In this document: one piece after another, positions 1-12,400 of the stretch
Position numbering within the stretch: the stretch's first letter is position 1
Layout: each line of letters starts with the position of its first letter
Assembly (NCBI GenBank): GCA_000934665.2
Contig: JYFJ02000128.1
Span: forward strand, 1-64,000
Length of the DNA: 64,000 nucleotides
Source of the DNA: Catajapyx aquilonaris
Taxonomy: Eukaryota
Direction: 5' to 3'
The notes under the pieces: generated by a model
What the model saw: the letters and a program-made list of their open reading frames with translations, nothing else
Database searches by the model: none
What the model was told of the DNA's origin: nothing
Program-made: the position numbers and the translations under genes

Positions 1-661
1 GGCGTAATGGCAGGAGTAGCAATCCTGTCGATCGCAGTGCCGCCTGGCGGATTTTCCACTTTTTTGGGGCTCAAGGAAAGCTGCGGTTGGCATACTACGC
101 AATTTTAGGTACTGTAGCAGAGTGGTCATGGGTGTAATCCGGCAGAGCCCAGCCAGTTGGAATTATTGAAGGGTCATGTTTTAAGTGTTGTCCGTCCGTT
201 TTTGGGACATGCTATTAGTTAATAAGTCATTGTAATGGGTTACAAGGGGGTTAAATAAACACCATGATTGTGTATGGAAGAAAGGTCTATGGTCTCATCT
301 CATTGGTCGACTAGACAGTTACCTAACCCGCCGCTTTCAAGTGGAGACACGGCAGGTAACCTTGCCTACGTTACAACTCGAAAACGACTTGCAGAGGTTT
401 GGATGTTGCAACTCGCGACTTGGGAGTCCATTTTGGATCCAAACTTCACAAAATCAATCTGTCCTCTGCCCTGGGTTTAACGATAACCTATATTTTATTC
501 GGAATAATTTTTGTCCAACGCCTAAAATATTTACTGCTACACTATCCGGACTATTCTATATATATTTATACGCCGATTACGAATAGACCCTCTGCCAGTT
601 TGATGTTTGTGCAGCTGGTAAATCATGCACCCCTTTTTCTCTCACATGCTACACACAGTCA

Positions 662-1495
662 TCAACTGTCATCTCCATTCATTGGAGTCAAATCAATACT
701 GGAGAAGTTGTCAAAAAATTTATTTATGACCACCAGATATAACGCCTCGTTGAAAAATAACCTTCGCTCCAAATCATCCGGACGCCATTTAACCGGGAGA
801 TTATTTGCTGGGAATCGAGTCCTCATCAGTGATTCTGAGCCTTCTAGCCTGCTAGCTAGGGCCTGTGTTTTTAGCTGAGGAAACGTCAAAAACAATGCGA
901 AACGTCAATAAAAGGCTGAATAACACTCTTTGATGACTAATTTAGGACACTGCAGTTTTAGTTCGTCCATCTTCAAGTATACCATCAGACGATCGACAAT
1001 CCGGATTGGCTCTTGATTATGGCCGATCAAATAGTTGGCAAAGTCCGGTTCCATAGACTCATAAATTAATATTAATACTGTATTGTCCCCATCGCTCATT
1101 ACCTTGTTGTACTCGTTCTCAGCTTCTTCATGGGCCTTTTCGTGTTGTATAGCTAGGCCTCATTCTTCGCCAGCTCCTCACTGAGCTTCTCTAGTTTACG
1201 GGAGAGATCGCCAATGTCCTTATCCAGCATCTCCATGTCCTCCGCGTCCAGGATATCGTGAAGGGTTTGGCGCCTTTTCTTCAGGTCAAGCAAACCTGCG
1301 TGGAATGGCACTGAGATTATTTGCACTTCCCCAACTCCCGAGACCACAGTCATGGTGTCTCCAAAGCAAGAAGAAGTACTTGCCGCTGTACAGCTGCATG
1401 AAGCCAGTTTCGTCTTGCTGCTGCTTCTTCTTCGTCGTCGTCGTCGGCGGCTGCTGCCCCTTCATCGTCATCCACTTCTTCTTCGATGAGTCCAT
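662..1495 (-). pseudogene. SSNA1/DIP13-like small coiled-coil gene with a 1-nt frameshift (pseudogene or assembly error)
   Basis: Exon 1 1384-1495 (GC donor GCAAGT). Exon 2 1103-1295 reads GLLDLKKRRQTLHDILDAEDMEMLDKDIGDLSRKLEKLSEELAKNEA, then in a shifted frame LAIQHEKAHEEAENEYNK before a GTAATG donor. Candidate exon 3 is 662-874, or read-through to 905. Resemblance to SSNA1 is from memory, not from a search. Confidence 0.55.
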
Positions 1496-1562
1496 TGAAC
1501 AAGAAGTCGATTGAACCCGAAATTAGAATAAGCGACGTTCGAATAAGCCTCAGTATGTTGAT

Positions 1563-1576
1563 GTTTCCATGGAAAC
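1563..1576. promoter_or_regulatory. RFX-binding X-box
   Basis: Perfect palindrome GTTTCCATGGAAAC fitting the X-box consensus GTHNYY-AT-RRNAAC, 67 nt upstream of the minus-strand ATG at 1495. Confidence 0.7.
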
Positions 1577-2105
1577 GGAGCACCAACAGTCGATATGCAC
1601 TTTACCATGCAACTTTATTACCAAAAGTAATAATCATTTGTCTATACATTACACTATACTTATAGAGTGTGAGATCCCCTTTGTGAAATATTTCTCACGC
1701 CTGATGTGTAACTTTTATGTCTCACGAAAAATACGCGTTCGTAAAAAACGCGCCAAGTCTGTATACGTATTCCTCTGGCGAAAAAATTTGTGAGATCAGT
1801 GGGTGCAAAGTTCTATACTTAGCCCATAGGGGCCGTGCGTGCAGCAGATGTGAAGCGGAAATGACAGCAAAAAAGGCACACTGTACAGAAAACACCACTT
1901 CAATGGGAGCAATCCATTATGCCCTAACACCTTGACACAAACCACATTGTTTGGGTAAGCTCAGACTGATTCACAAAAATGAGGTCAGAATAATGCACAC
2001 GTTGTGGGCTGAATATACAGGAATATGAATATAACACATGTCTCTCAATACAGTTTGGCTTCTGCATTTGATCTGGTCTCTTTTGTAAAGACTGTACTTG
2101 ACAAA

Positions 2106-4619
2106 ATGCAGTTACATGAAACAAATATAATTATAGTGGTGATTTTGGCCACACCATTTGGTACTGATATTGGTGCACCAGTGGTTTGCACTAGTGAATT
2201 TTGTGTCAGTGGTTTTGTTCAGAACTCTACGAATGGCTATCCTATATACAGTTACCAAACAATTCCATACGCAGAACCTCCGATTGGAAGTCTCAGATTT
2301 ATGGTAAGTTACTAATAGCCTACTCTTTTTAATAATTATTGTCATAATACACTGCTTATTTAGCCACCGGTACCCATCACGTATGGGGCATCCACAATCA
2401 ACGGAACCGCTGATATGCCATTTTGCCATCAATTCAACATCTTTGGACCCGGGCAAATTATGGGTCAAGAGGACTGCCTTTATCTCAGTGTATTTTCCAG
2501 AAGGGTAAGATTGAAAAATATTGATTGTCATATCGTCTGTAGCCAAACGTTTCTATTTGCAGCGTCCAGGCAATTCTTGTAATACTGGCTTGCCTGTCAT
2601 GGTGTGGATATATGGTGGGGCATTTTTGTCTGGAGGTGGAAGCCCATCTATGTACGATCCAAGAGTCCTTCTCAGAGAGGAGATAGTCATGGTCTCGATG
2701 AATTATCGCCTAGGTGCCTTTGGTATGTCAATATCCCCTTTGCATATTTTCATAATTCAGTCAATACTGAACGAAATAATGACATGACTTATGACTTCAC
2801 ATGCAGGGTTCCTGAGCACTGCAGATGATGTGATCCAAGGAAATATGGGCTTAAAAGATCAAAATCTGGCGCTTAAATGGGTTCAACAGTACATCGCATA
2901 TTTTTGCGGTAATCCTAATCGTGTAACAATTGCAGGCGAGAGTGCTGGAAGTGTAAGCGTTCACTACCACATGCTGTCTCCTATGTCTGAAGGTAAACCT
3001 TAATTATATATTTTTGGCACTAGTGCTGTGTTATTATTTAAGCTGTTTTGCAGGGCTATTCCAACAAGCAATCCTCCAAAGTGGTACTGCAAGCTATTCG
3101 TATTGGGCCTATCAACCACCAAATAAAGCACTTGCAAGGGCTAAACAGGCAGCAGGGTTGCTGAATTGTCCCAGTGACAATTCCACAATAATCCTGGAAT
3201 GTATGCAGGCATCCACTGCCAATGACTTGGCTGGTTTATATCCAAGAACAACTGTGAGATATATTTGGCAATTACGTATGTATAAGTTCACTTGTGAACA
3301 TATTAATACTCTTCTAGGAATGGGACATACTTTCTCTCGTGCCTTTTGCACCAACAAAGGAAGTAGCAGGAAGTGACAGGTTCATGGCCAAAAGTCCCCA
3401 AGAGAGCATGGCAGCTGGAGATATGGCCAATGTTACTCTCATGGCAGGGATTTGCGACTCGGAGGGAGACTTTCTAGGGTCAGGTTGGTGACTTTTGTGC
3501 ACAACTAGTGCTCCTTTGTGAACTAACTTACATATTTCATTCAGGAATTTGGAGGAGAGGAACATACTGGGAGATAAACAATAACTACAGCTACATTTTT
3601 CCTATACTTATGAGCTACGAGCAGTGTGCTGCTGATGCTAACAGAACTTCTAACATGATCCGCAAATATTACTTCAAGTTTAGGAGCATATCTAATGCTA
3701 CAATATCAGAATTCATCAAGGTAAGTGTTTCAAAGAGATTTTCTTGATCTACAGTACAGGTGTCAATTTATAAAAACCTAGTCCTAATTTTTAATTGACT
3801 TATTGTCTTATGGTTTGTGCACAGGTGTAATAATGCACCTAAAATATTATATACAGTATCATGCAAACATTTTGTCATTTATAACACTGGGACAACATAC
3901 GGGACCTTTAGTAAATATTGACCCATAAGTTATAGCACTTTTCACCTTTTTGCTTGCTCTGTTTCCATACTCTATAGTTGTAATTAGCTTGGAAAATATT
4001 TTCTGTACATTGAGTCATGTAAACAGATGGTGTCAGACAGCTTCATAATATCTGGAAGTTACAAGACCATCAGAGATCATGTAGCTTTGCGAGCCCAGCA
4101 GTTCCCAACATACTTCTACATGTACACATTCAGAGGACCTATCACAGTTTCACAGCAAACAGGATTTGTGACTGGTGGACCAGAATACCAGCCTCAAGGT
4201 GCTTGCAATATTAATTTTTGAAAGTATCATTACTATTAAATTTATTCTTGCAGGCACATCTCATTTTGATGACATGTATCCATTGTTCTGGTTTCCTCCT
4301 AGCAATTTATTAATGCAAGAGGGTAGTCCAATGAGAAGAATGTCAGACAAAATGGTTTCCTGGTGGACCAATTTCATATCTTATGGGTATGGCATTCAAA
4401 TAAGAAAAACCTTTCAGTGCTTCCATGTTTCATATTGCATTTAGGAATCCTACTCCTCCTGGTGGAAAAGAATCTGACGTGACTTGGGATCCAGTAGAGG
4501 TGGAATCATTCAACGTATTCAATATGTCACTGACACCACTGATGCAAACACGTTTCTTCTACAGACGTGTAGAATTTTGGGAAAGCATTAACCTTCAAAA
4601 TCCAGACTGTTTCAAATAG
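2106..4619 (+). CDS. Type-B carboxylesterase (carboxyl/cholinesterase family), secreted, 10 exons, about 568 aa
   Basis: Exons 2106-2303, 2364-2504, 2563-2722, 2807-2992, 3054-3253, 3318-3483, 3545-3720, 4027-4198, 4254-4386, 4445-4619, all GT-AG and phase-consistent. Motifs [47 protein letters not shown] (Ser), DSEG (Glu), GTSHFDD (His), and a hydrophobic N-terminus. Confidence 0.95.
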
Positions 4620-4783
4620 TGAAAACTAAGTTAAGCATGGCCATTGGACTGTGTACACATGGAGCATAGCTACCTCTGCCACATGTGTAATGTTAGAAGT
4701 CAAGTCCCATTTCAAAATGAATATATTGTACATCACTGGTACTTAATTTTCCATAGTAGATTGTGTTTGCCTGCCTGCTCTGG

Positions 4784-4789
4784 AATAAA
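4784..4789 (+). terminator. Candidate polyadenylation signal of the carboxylesterase
   Basis: AATAAA 165 nt after the stop codon. Confidence 0.5.
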
Positions 4790-5433
4790 TAATATATTTG
4801 TTCACATGAAACATTCTGTTTATTAACTATTTTAGATAACGGTGGATGGAGTATTTGTGCAACATAGATAGATCTGGGACTACAAATTCAGGGTGCAAGA
4901 GGGACGTGTGGAATGATAGCTATGCAAGGAGAAAGAAAATGTATGGATATACTGCCTAACACAAACCTAGAAGGAAAGGCAAGAACTTGCTTGTTTCTCT
5001 TTTACTTACGTAGCACCATTGTTCAGCAATAAAAACATACATAGGAGGTAGAAGGGGGGTCAGTTTGGAGGAAATGACACTTGATTTACCATAGATATAT
5101 TTTTCCTTTTTTGTTGGACTCTTGAACTGTGTGTCTTACATGTGATGGACACATCGAGTAGACTGATCACCTTCTATTACTAACTCGCATTGGCACAATT
5201 TTTCCTCGTACACTAACGAGTTTAACAGGCGAACACATGGGTGAGAAATGTAATAATAATAATAATTAATAAAAAAAATCACACTTTTCCCTCTCTTTTC
5301 CTGGGGGTTCTCTTCACAAAATACTAAACATGTATGATACCTCAGTCAGGTGTATTCCAAGGAAAAAAAAAATAGCCTGGGGGTTGTGAGTTCATGAGCA
5401 ACAACAGTAAGCAAATGAAGTTGCACATAAAAA

Positions 5434-5439
5434 TTTATT
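5434..5439 (-). terminator. Candidate distal polyadenylation signal of perlecan
   Basis: AATAAA on the minus strand about 950 nt after the stop at 6390. Another copy lies at 5892-5897. Confidence 0.45.
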
Positions 5440-6389
5440 ATTGTCAAGGGAATTGCACGTACCCTTTAGTCCCCTTACTAAAATGACTGCGCAAGGAAGG
5501 AAAATTAAGCGTCTATAAGCTAACGGCTAGTGTACACTACACTTGTTGCATGCAACAAAACCTGCTTCAGATCTGTTGAATGCAACATGCTTAATGCCTG
5601 TGTACACACACCTTAAGTTTGACACATGGAGCACCAGCAAACGATCACGCTCTCATTTTCTCAACTCGTTCTCACTTGTATTTTCTACCAATTCTATTCC
5701 GCATGTTGTGCTGTACAATACATGTTTCGATACAAAAGGCACTGTGATCAATCCTTCCCTCAGATAAAAAAATTAAACAATTAAGTGTAAAAAGACATCA
5801 TCATCCATTCCATATTCACTCCACAATCAAATGCATACATATCCCAATCGTTATTTAATTTCTTTTGCTCCGTTCCCCTCCCCCCCCCATATTTATTATT
5901 ACAAAATGTGGGTTCACTTTGTTGTGGAGAACCCTCAACACGAACAGGCTGCGAACTAAAAAGTAAGAATGGCAGTTTCTCATTGTTTCTCATTGTCACT
6001 TATGGCCTAAAAGTAACAAGTGGCAGTTACGGGCAAACCTGTTGTATTTTGTGTTCACACAGCTGGTGAACGACAAACTACTTAGGAAAAAACAAAAACG
6101 GTGGCAGTGCCATAGCAAAGTCTTCTAAAGCCATCGGTGACAACTGAGCCCACGCAAAGTAAGAGTTTCTACAACTGTCAGTGTGTATGAAATAAGCGTT
6201 TAGAATGAAAATCTGTGTTAAAACCACGCTCTGCCTTCAGTCCGTTGGTTCTCAAAAGTTGGGTTTTTTTTTCTGAGGTCGAATGCTTGTTAAAAAGAGT
6301 CCCTTCCTTTGTCACAAAAGTGTCTACATGCATCATCATCATTCGACTTGGCGTTTCACGAGGGGAGAAACAAAATGTTGTTAAGTCCT

Positions 6390-6489
6390 TTATACTTCAC
6401 GTGTTGCACGATTCAGTCCCTCCACAAAATTGTCCTCATAGTCTTCGTCGTCTTCGTCGTCTTCTGCTTGTTGCTGCTGCTGAGTATTG
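6390..6489 (-). CDS. Candidate distal alternative last exon of perlecan: acidic tail
   Basis: Acceptor TTTTCTCTTAACTACAG, phase-2 match giving [33 protein letters not shown]. Minus-strand AATAAA at 5892-5897 and 5434-5439. Confidence 0.7.
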
Positions 6490-9400
6490 CTGTAGTTAAG
6501 AGAAAACTTGTCAACATGTGTCCAGACAGAGATGAGTCACATTCATGGACATGAATACATGCACTATTCGTGCACTACAACTAACCACTGTTGGTAGTCC
6601 CAGAGTGAAGAGTGCATCTGCTAAAATATTGTCAGTTTCCACTCTCTTCTCTGTGAGTGGATACTGAATTTGCCTGCACTCTTGACTCTGGGATCGATGA
6701 CGATGGGCTTGAAAACAAGGTAACAATTTTGTAGACCGATAGTCAATGCTTTAAAAAATTGTAATTAGGTTAATTACATAGATAAATTCCACTACAACTA
6801 AAGTTTCATAAAGGCAGGAAAATGGTGATGCAATTTTTGTAAGTGAAAATAAGTGCTTGTTGCGCTGAATGGTTCACATGCTGCATACATATGGTATGCT
6901 TTTTATTATAGCATAAAATATAAAAAGAGGTGGTCGGGATATTTTGAACCATCCAATGTCACCAATGGACAATTCATACTTTCTCAGAATATGCCCTGAG
7001 GTTTTTGCCACACAATACTCTGTTCCCAAAACACGAGCCGAATTAAAAATTTCAACTGGCCCATCTCTTATCTTGCACAGTTACTACTCTAAGAAAAAAC
7101 ATGTCCTTCCCCTTCCTACGATATCTCCACACCCATGCCAACAATTTACTTGCCGTGAAACCCTCTTGCCGAGAAGGGGTGGGTGTAGCTGAGGCAGCTT
7201 GTGCATGTGAGACGCACAAAAAAAAAGAATATGTAACAAAAGTGGAGCCACCTACGAGAGTGAGCTCGGCATGTGAGTGAAAGGCATGTGTGTGGTGGTG
7301 GACAAGGTGACACCCAGGAGTGTGAGTGTGAGGAGCAGGCTGGGATGAAATGATTGGGAGGCATGGGAGGATGATCTGGAGGGTGATATTGAATTGTGCA
7401 AAGAAGATGCAGAAGACCATGACCCCCAAGAAGGGGTTGTGGTAGTGCGGGAGATGCGAGGCACCCGTGTGGGTCGGGTGCGTGAGATGCGTATGGAGGG
7501 TCGGGTCTGGTGTCGTGTGGTTGACGGTGGTGGTGTTGGGGTGGTGGAGGGTTCGCGCAGGTTCAGTACCAAAGAATCAGATGTCCAACGCCTCCTGAGG
7601 CAGCGTTAGAAATGGGGGCACAATAGGTAAGCCGAGACTCTTATCACAGCTGACTGCATTAGTACAATTTATGGTGTTGGACATGGCAAACTCACCTGGA
7701 GCAGGCACGAACATTCTCAGCGGAAACAGCACTGGCAAAGAGGTCAATTATGCCTGAGTTTTGGATCTGCACAGATCGTATGCAGCCTGAGAAGCCTTTG
7801 GTGTAGCGACTGGCAGTCATCAGTCTCAGGTCAGGGAGGCCACCTAGAATTAATTTTCATGTAGATAATTATAAGTTGCATGAAATAGTGATTATTTCAA
7901 CCCACACCAGCCAGATTCCCCACCCAACAGGTGGAAAGTCGAACCAAGTCCTTACCAATGTAGATGTTTCCTTGTGCATTGAGCATGAGCAGGATGCCAT
8001 GGCTCTCTCCAGATTGTTGCTGCACACCATCCAGTTCAATGGTTCCTTCTCTAGCAGTGCGCCGAAGCACAACTTTGTGGACCTTCCCATCATCTACTTT
8101 TGTGGTGGTTCGAATCTCAGCAGGACCTGACCCAAGTTCATAGCTGAACTCCAGGTAGCCACCAACAACTGCCCAAAAAAGTATTACGTGAGTACATTAT
8201 AATTACAATACAGCTTTGGACACTTTCTCATAAGATATGCATGTGAATCTGCGATAATATTGTGCTCATATGACATCAAATTCTCCCTTTCAGTGTTCAT
8301 CGCGTCATAAACAGAGTTTCTAACCTGCAAGTGCCAGATAGTCATGGGCTTTTCCATCTACATCTGGAGGCTGTCCATGCCAGAGGATGACTCCGTCACT
8401 CTCAATAGTTGCGAATTCCAGAGTGACTACTTCTGTTTCAGTGCTGGTGGCATGGGGGAGGTAGTCCTTGCTAAGCTCCACATATCCATCTCCCTGAAAC
8501 TTGACATCCTCTGCGAACTTCACCTCTGCAATGCAAGTAACAGAGATGTTATGAGAACTCTAATTAAATGAATTCAGGTGTTTACATATCAGTATGACTT
8601 ACGATCTTGGCAATTTTCACCAGAGAATCCTAGAGGACACCTGCATTTGTATGAATGGGATGTTCCAACACAACTGCCGCCATTCTTGCATGGCTGCGTC
8701 CGATGACATATTGAGTCCTCAACTTCACAGTTCTTTCCACTGAATGCAGATGGACACTGACACTCGTAATCATTGATGGCTACTCCAACTTCCCTGCACT
8801 GGCCATTATTGCGGCAAGGCTTGCGTTGGCAAGGGGATACACTCCCACAGTCCTCTACATTTGCAGCATCCACTACAGATGACACCAGGTCGAGGTCAAG
8901 CCCAGACACTTCTACTTCTGACACACACCCAGAGAATCCATCCATGACATCAACCCCAGGTGCCAAACGAATCCTCTGCCGATCAAACCCACCCACATAC
9001 AGTGGTGTACGAAGGTTGAGACCTCTGGTGGAACCAGGGCTCTGTCCTTTGACTTCCCAGTCTTCGTTTATGGTCATGATTCCTTCTTGCATGTCTCTAT
9101 CTGCAACCACTTTAAGCCACTCTCCAGGGCGAACCTCCTCCTCACTGCGAAGGACAGCAGGACCAGATCCCGTATCAAAGCGGAATTCCAGACGCCGGTC
9201 TCTGATAGCAAGGGAGGTGAAGTCGCCATGGCCATCTTCAGACTGCGCACAATACATCAGGACAGAGTCCTTCACCTCGTGAGGCTTGAATCGCATTGCC
9301 ATTCTCAACCTGTAAGTGACATTTTATTAGTATAATGTACGTACACCGATGTACACATGTGGACTGTTATTAGAACATATGACATGAAGGTCACTGTACC

Positions 9401-12400
9401 TTCTGAGCCCTTTAGGAGTTGGATATGCCACGTATGCATCGTCAGCGAAGGCAGGTTCATAGATGACGATATCCTTCTCACACCTGTCTCCAGTCTTTCC
9501 AAATGGACAGTAGCACTCAAATCCTCCATGGACATCAATGCACCGTCCACTTCCACATGCAGCTGGGTAGCAGGCCTCCCCAACCTTCTCACAGTCCCGT
9601 CCAGAAAAGCCTGCAGGACATATGCATGCATAGCCCTGGTCAGTGTGGGCCTCTTGACACACCCCTCCGTTGGTGCATGGGTTGAGGGCACATGTCTCAC
9701 ACGTTGTCACTCCCTGGGTGCTCACTGCGTCACGCACCAGATCTGCCTCGGATGTGCCTAGGATTAGACGGCTCACACACCCAACAAACCCGCGTGTGTG
9801 ACCTGCCAGTCGATGTATGCGCGAAGGGTCTGGAACACCCCCTATGTAAAGTGGTTCAACTAAGTCTAATCCTTGGAAGCGTCCCTCAGCAACACCAGAC
9901 ACAGGTGGTTGGTCATCTACCACCAGCACACCATCCTTCTTGTTCCGCTTCAGTTTTGCAGTGTGCCATTTCCCAACTTCTAAAGGCTTCTCAGATCGAA
10001 TGACAGCTGGACCAGAACCAACATCAAACCGGAATTCAGCATATCCTCCACTCAATCCGAATGACACAAAGTCACCTGCTCTTTCGCGGTCTTGCCACTG
10101 CCCATTGTAAAGTATCAGTCCATCAGTTGATTCAGGCTTGAATGAAATCTCAACATTGAACTGCAGGTATGCGTCAGGGAGTGTTGGTAATGACACGTAG
10201 CTGACTGGAGCCTGGGCAAAGTACGGCACAACACCAGTGACCACTAGCACAGTCGGTATGTCCATTGAGAGCTTGTTATTGCGTGCAGTGCAGACGTATG
10301 TTCCTGCCTCTGATGCTCTGACATCTGGTATGCTGAGGGAAGGTCCCTGAATCTGAGCCATCCGTGGGAGAATTCCACCCTGTTTCGCCCAGGTGAATGT
10401 GACGGGTGGCTCCAGGTCTGTGCGGCAATCCATCACGACCGTTGAACCAAATGGTGCAGTCCGGGTCTCCACTGGTTGATCCAGTACGGGCATGTCCGAG
10501 TGGGCTAAGCATCCAAAGAAAGGTGGGCCAGAAGGAGGGTGTGGGGGTATCAAGGGGAGGGTGGGTATTGTGATTAATCACTGCATGCCAGCCCAAGGCA
10601 ATTTGTGGGGGTGGGGTAACTGCCACTTAATAAGCTTGTGGTGTGTTTGATTAATTTGTGTAAGCATGTGTTCGATTAACGTGTGGAAGGGAGAGCATAT
10701 TGCGTGTGTGGTACTCACCAGGTATAACAGCCAGGTATAAGCGGCATTTAAAAGAACCATAAAATAATTGAGGGAGAGAGAGAGAGAGTCCCATTATTTC
10801 TCATTTGTGTGGCATCAGCTGTCCCTTGTGGCATTTAAGCAAGTGAATAATTATCACATGCCATTTACAATAAACATATTTACAGAGTAGCTAAATATTA
10901 TGAAAGGAAGTAAATGTAAACGCAGATTAAGCAGATTATGAAATGACAGGACAAAGAGAGAGATAGATAGATAGAGAGATGAAACAGGAAGTTCGGAGGT
11001 TAGTGAACACGAGGTCCATTGTCATCATCATCTGTTAAGTGAATGGAGTAGGGGAAGAGGGTGAAGAGACACACATTATAGAAGTTCAGAGAGAGAGATC
11101 TGAAACACACACATGCACTAATCCTATGACCTTACCTCCGCTGTTAAATGATATTAATCTGCCCACCAATTCATTGCTTACCCTGGATGGCCAGCACATA
11201 ATCATCTTCATACACCCCCGTGTCGGTCACAGCTTGGCAGCGGTAAACTCCACCATTGTCTGCATTCACTCCGACCACCCTGAAAAATGTATTAAAAAGT
11301 GTCACAACTACAAGTACTAAAGCGCCGAGTGCAAAACATATGAGAAAAGTTTTTGAACATGTAAATTTTGGATTGGGTAGAGGTGAGGTTTGCCTGCCTC
11401 TCTATGAACTTAAAAGTATGTTCATCTGCGCTAATTTCATTTGTCAAGTTTTCTTTACACTTTATTATGCAACGTAGCTTATATTACCTTATGGTGTTGC
11501 CCAGCACTTGGACATTGTTGGCGAGATGACTGCCAACTTTATGCCACTGGATTTCTGGTTGCCTCGTGTGACCTGAAGCCTCGCAGCTAATGTCGACAGT
11601 GTCACCCAGACGAACCTGATCATGGCTTGCCCACACTCGAACAGTCACATCAGCGACACCTGAAATAATGGTACCAATTCACACCACAAATTCAAGCCAC
11701 AGTGTTGCACGATTAATGACATGACAGGCATGCGTTGAGGTTCTACCATACTTCAAAACACTGGTTAGGTCGCATGCATAAAAAAAAGGTGTGTGTCGAC
11801 AAGACAAAAGAAGCGTGTGAAGTCTAGTTGCATCTGAGAATGAAAATGAAAATGAACCATTTCCATTTTCATTCTGTCTTTTTTTATTATCATGCACCAA
11901 CCCCGTCTAGGTCGGGGGACTTCTTCGCTGGAATCGTCGTTGTGGCAATCCTTCTTGTTGTTCTTCCTACGCATTTCCCGTTCTAAGAATGCTTCGATTT
12001 GAGTGTGGGAAGAAATTGTCAATTAAGCACTGGTTGTTAGCCTCCATAAACCATGTCAAGTTATTAGTGTTAACCTCTACAGCTATCATTTCCCATGCTG
12101 TAGTTTCCATCATGATAATCTCACTTACTTTCCACTTTGAGGATCACAAATTCGGTGGAGTACCCGGATGGGGTGCTTGCCTCGCATATGTACTTCCCTT
12201 CGTCGAATGATTGCACATTCACAATGCTCAGGATGCCATTCTCCACGAAAGAGTTATAAGGTAGCTGCTCTTCTCCCTCTTTTGTCCATTTCACCTGGGC
12301 ATAAGAGGCTTCCGGAAGGTTGCACTCCAAGTCCACCGTGGAGCCGGTAATAGCTATGTGAGTGCGCTGGTTGGGGTTCACTGGTTGAGGAACTTCTATA

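Noticed and set aside
6309..6554. Plus-strand ORF with an apparent transmembrane helix ([17 protein letters not shown])
   Set aside because: It is the antisense shadow of the acidic perlecan terminal exon.
11136..11181. Second strong donor GAG|GTAAGG 46 nt after the 11182 donor
   Set aside because: Extension hits TGA in frame, and a 5-nt microexon would need an intron of only about 40 nt.
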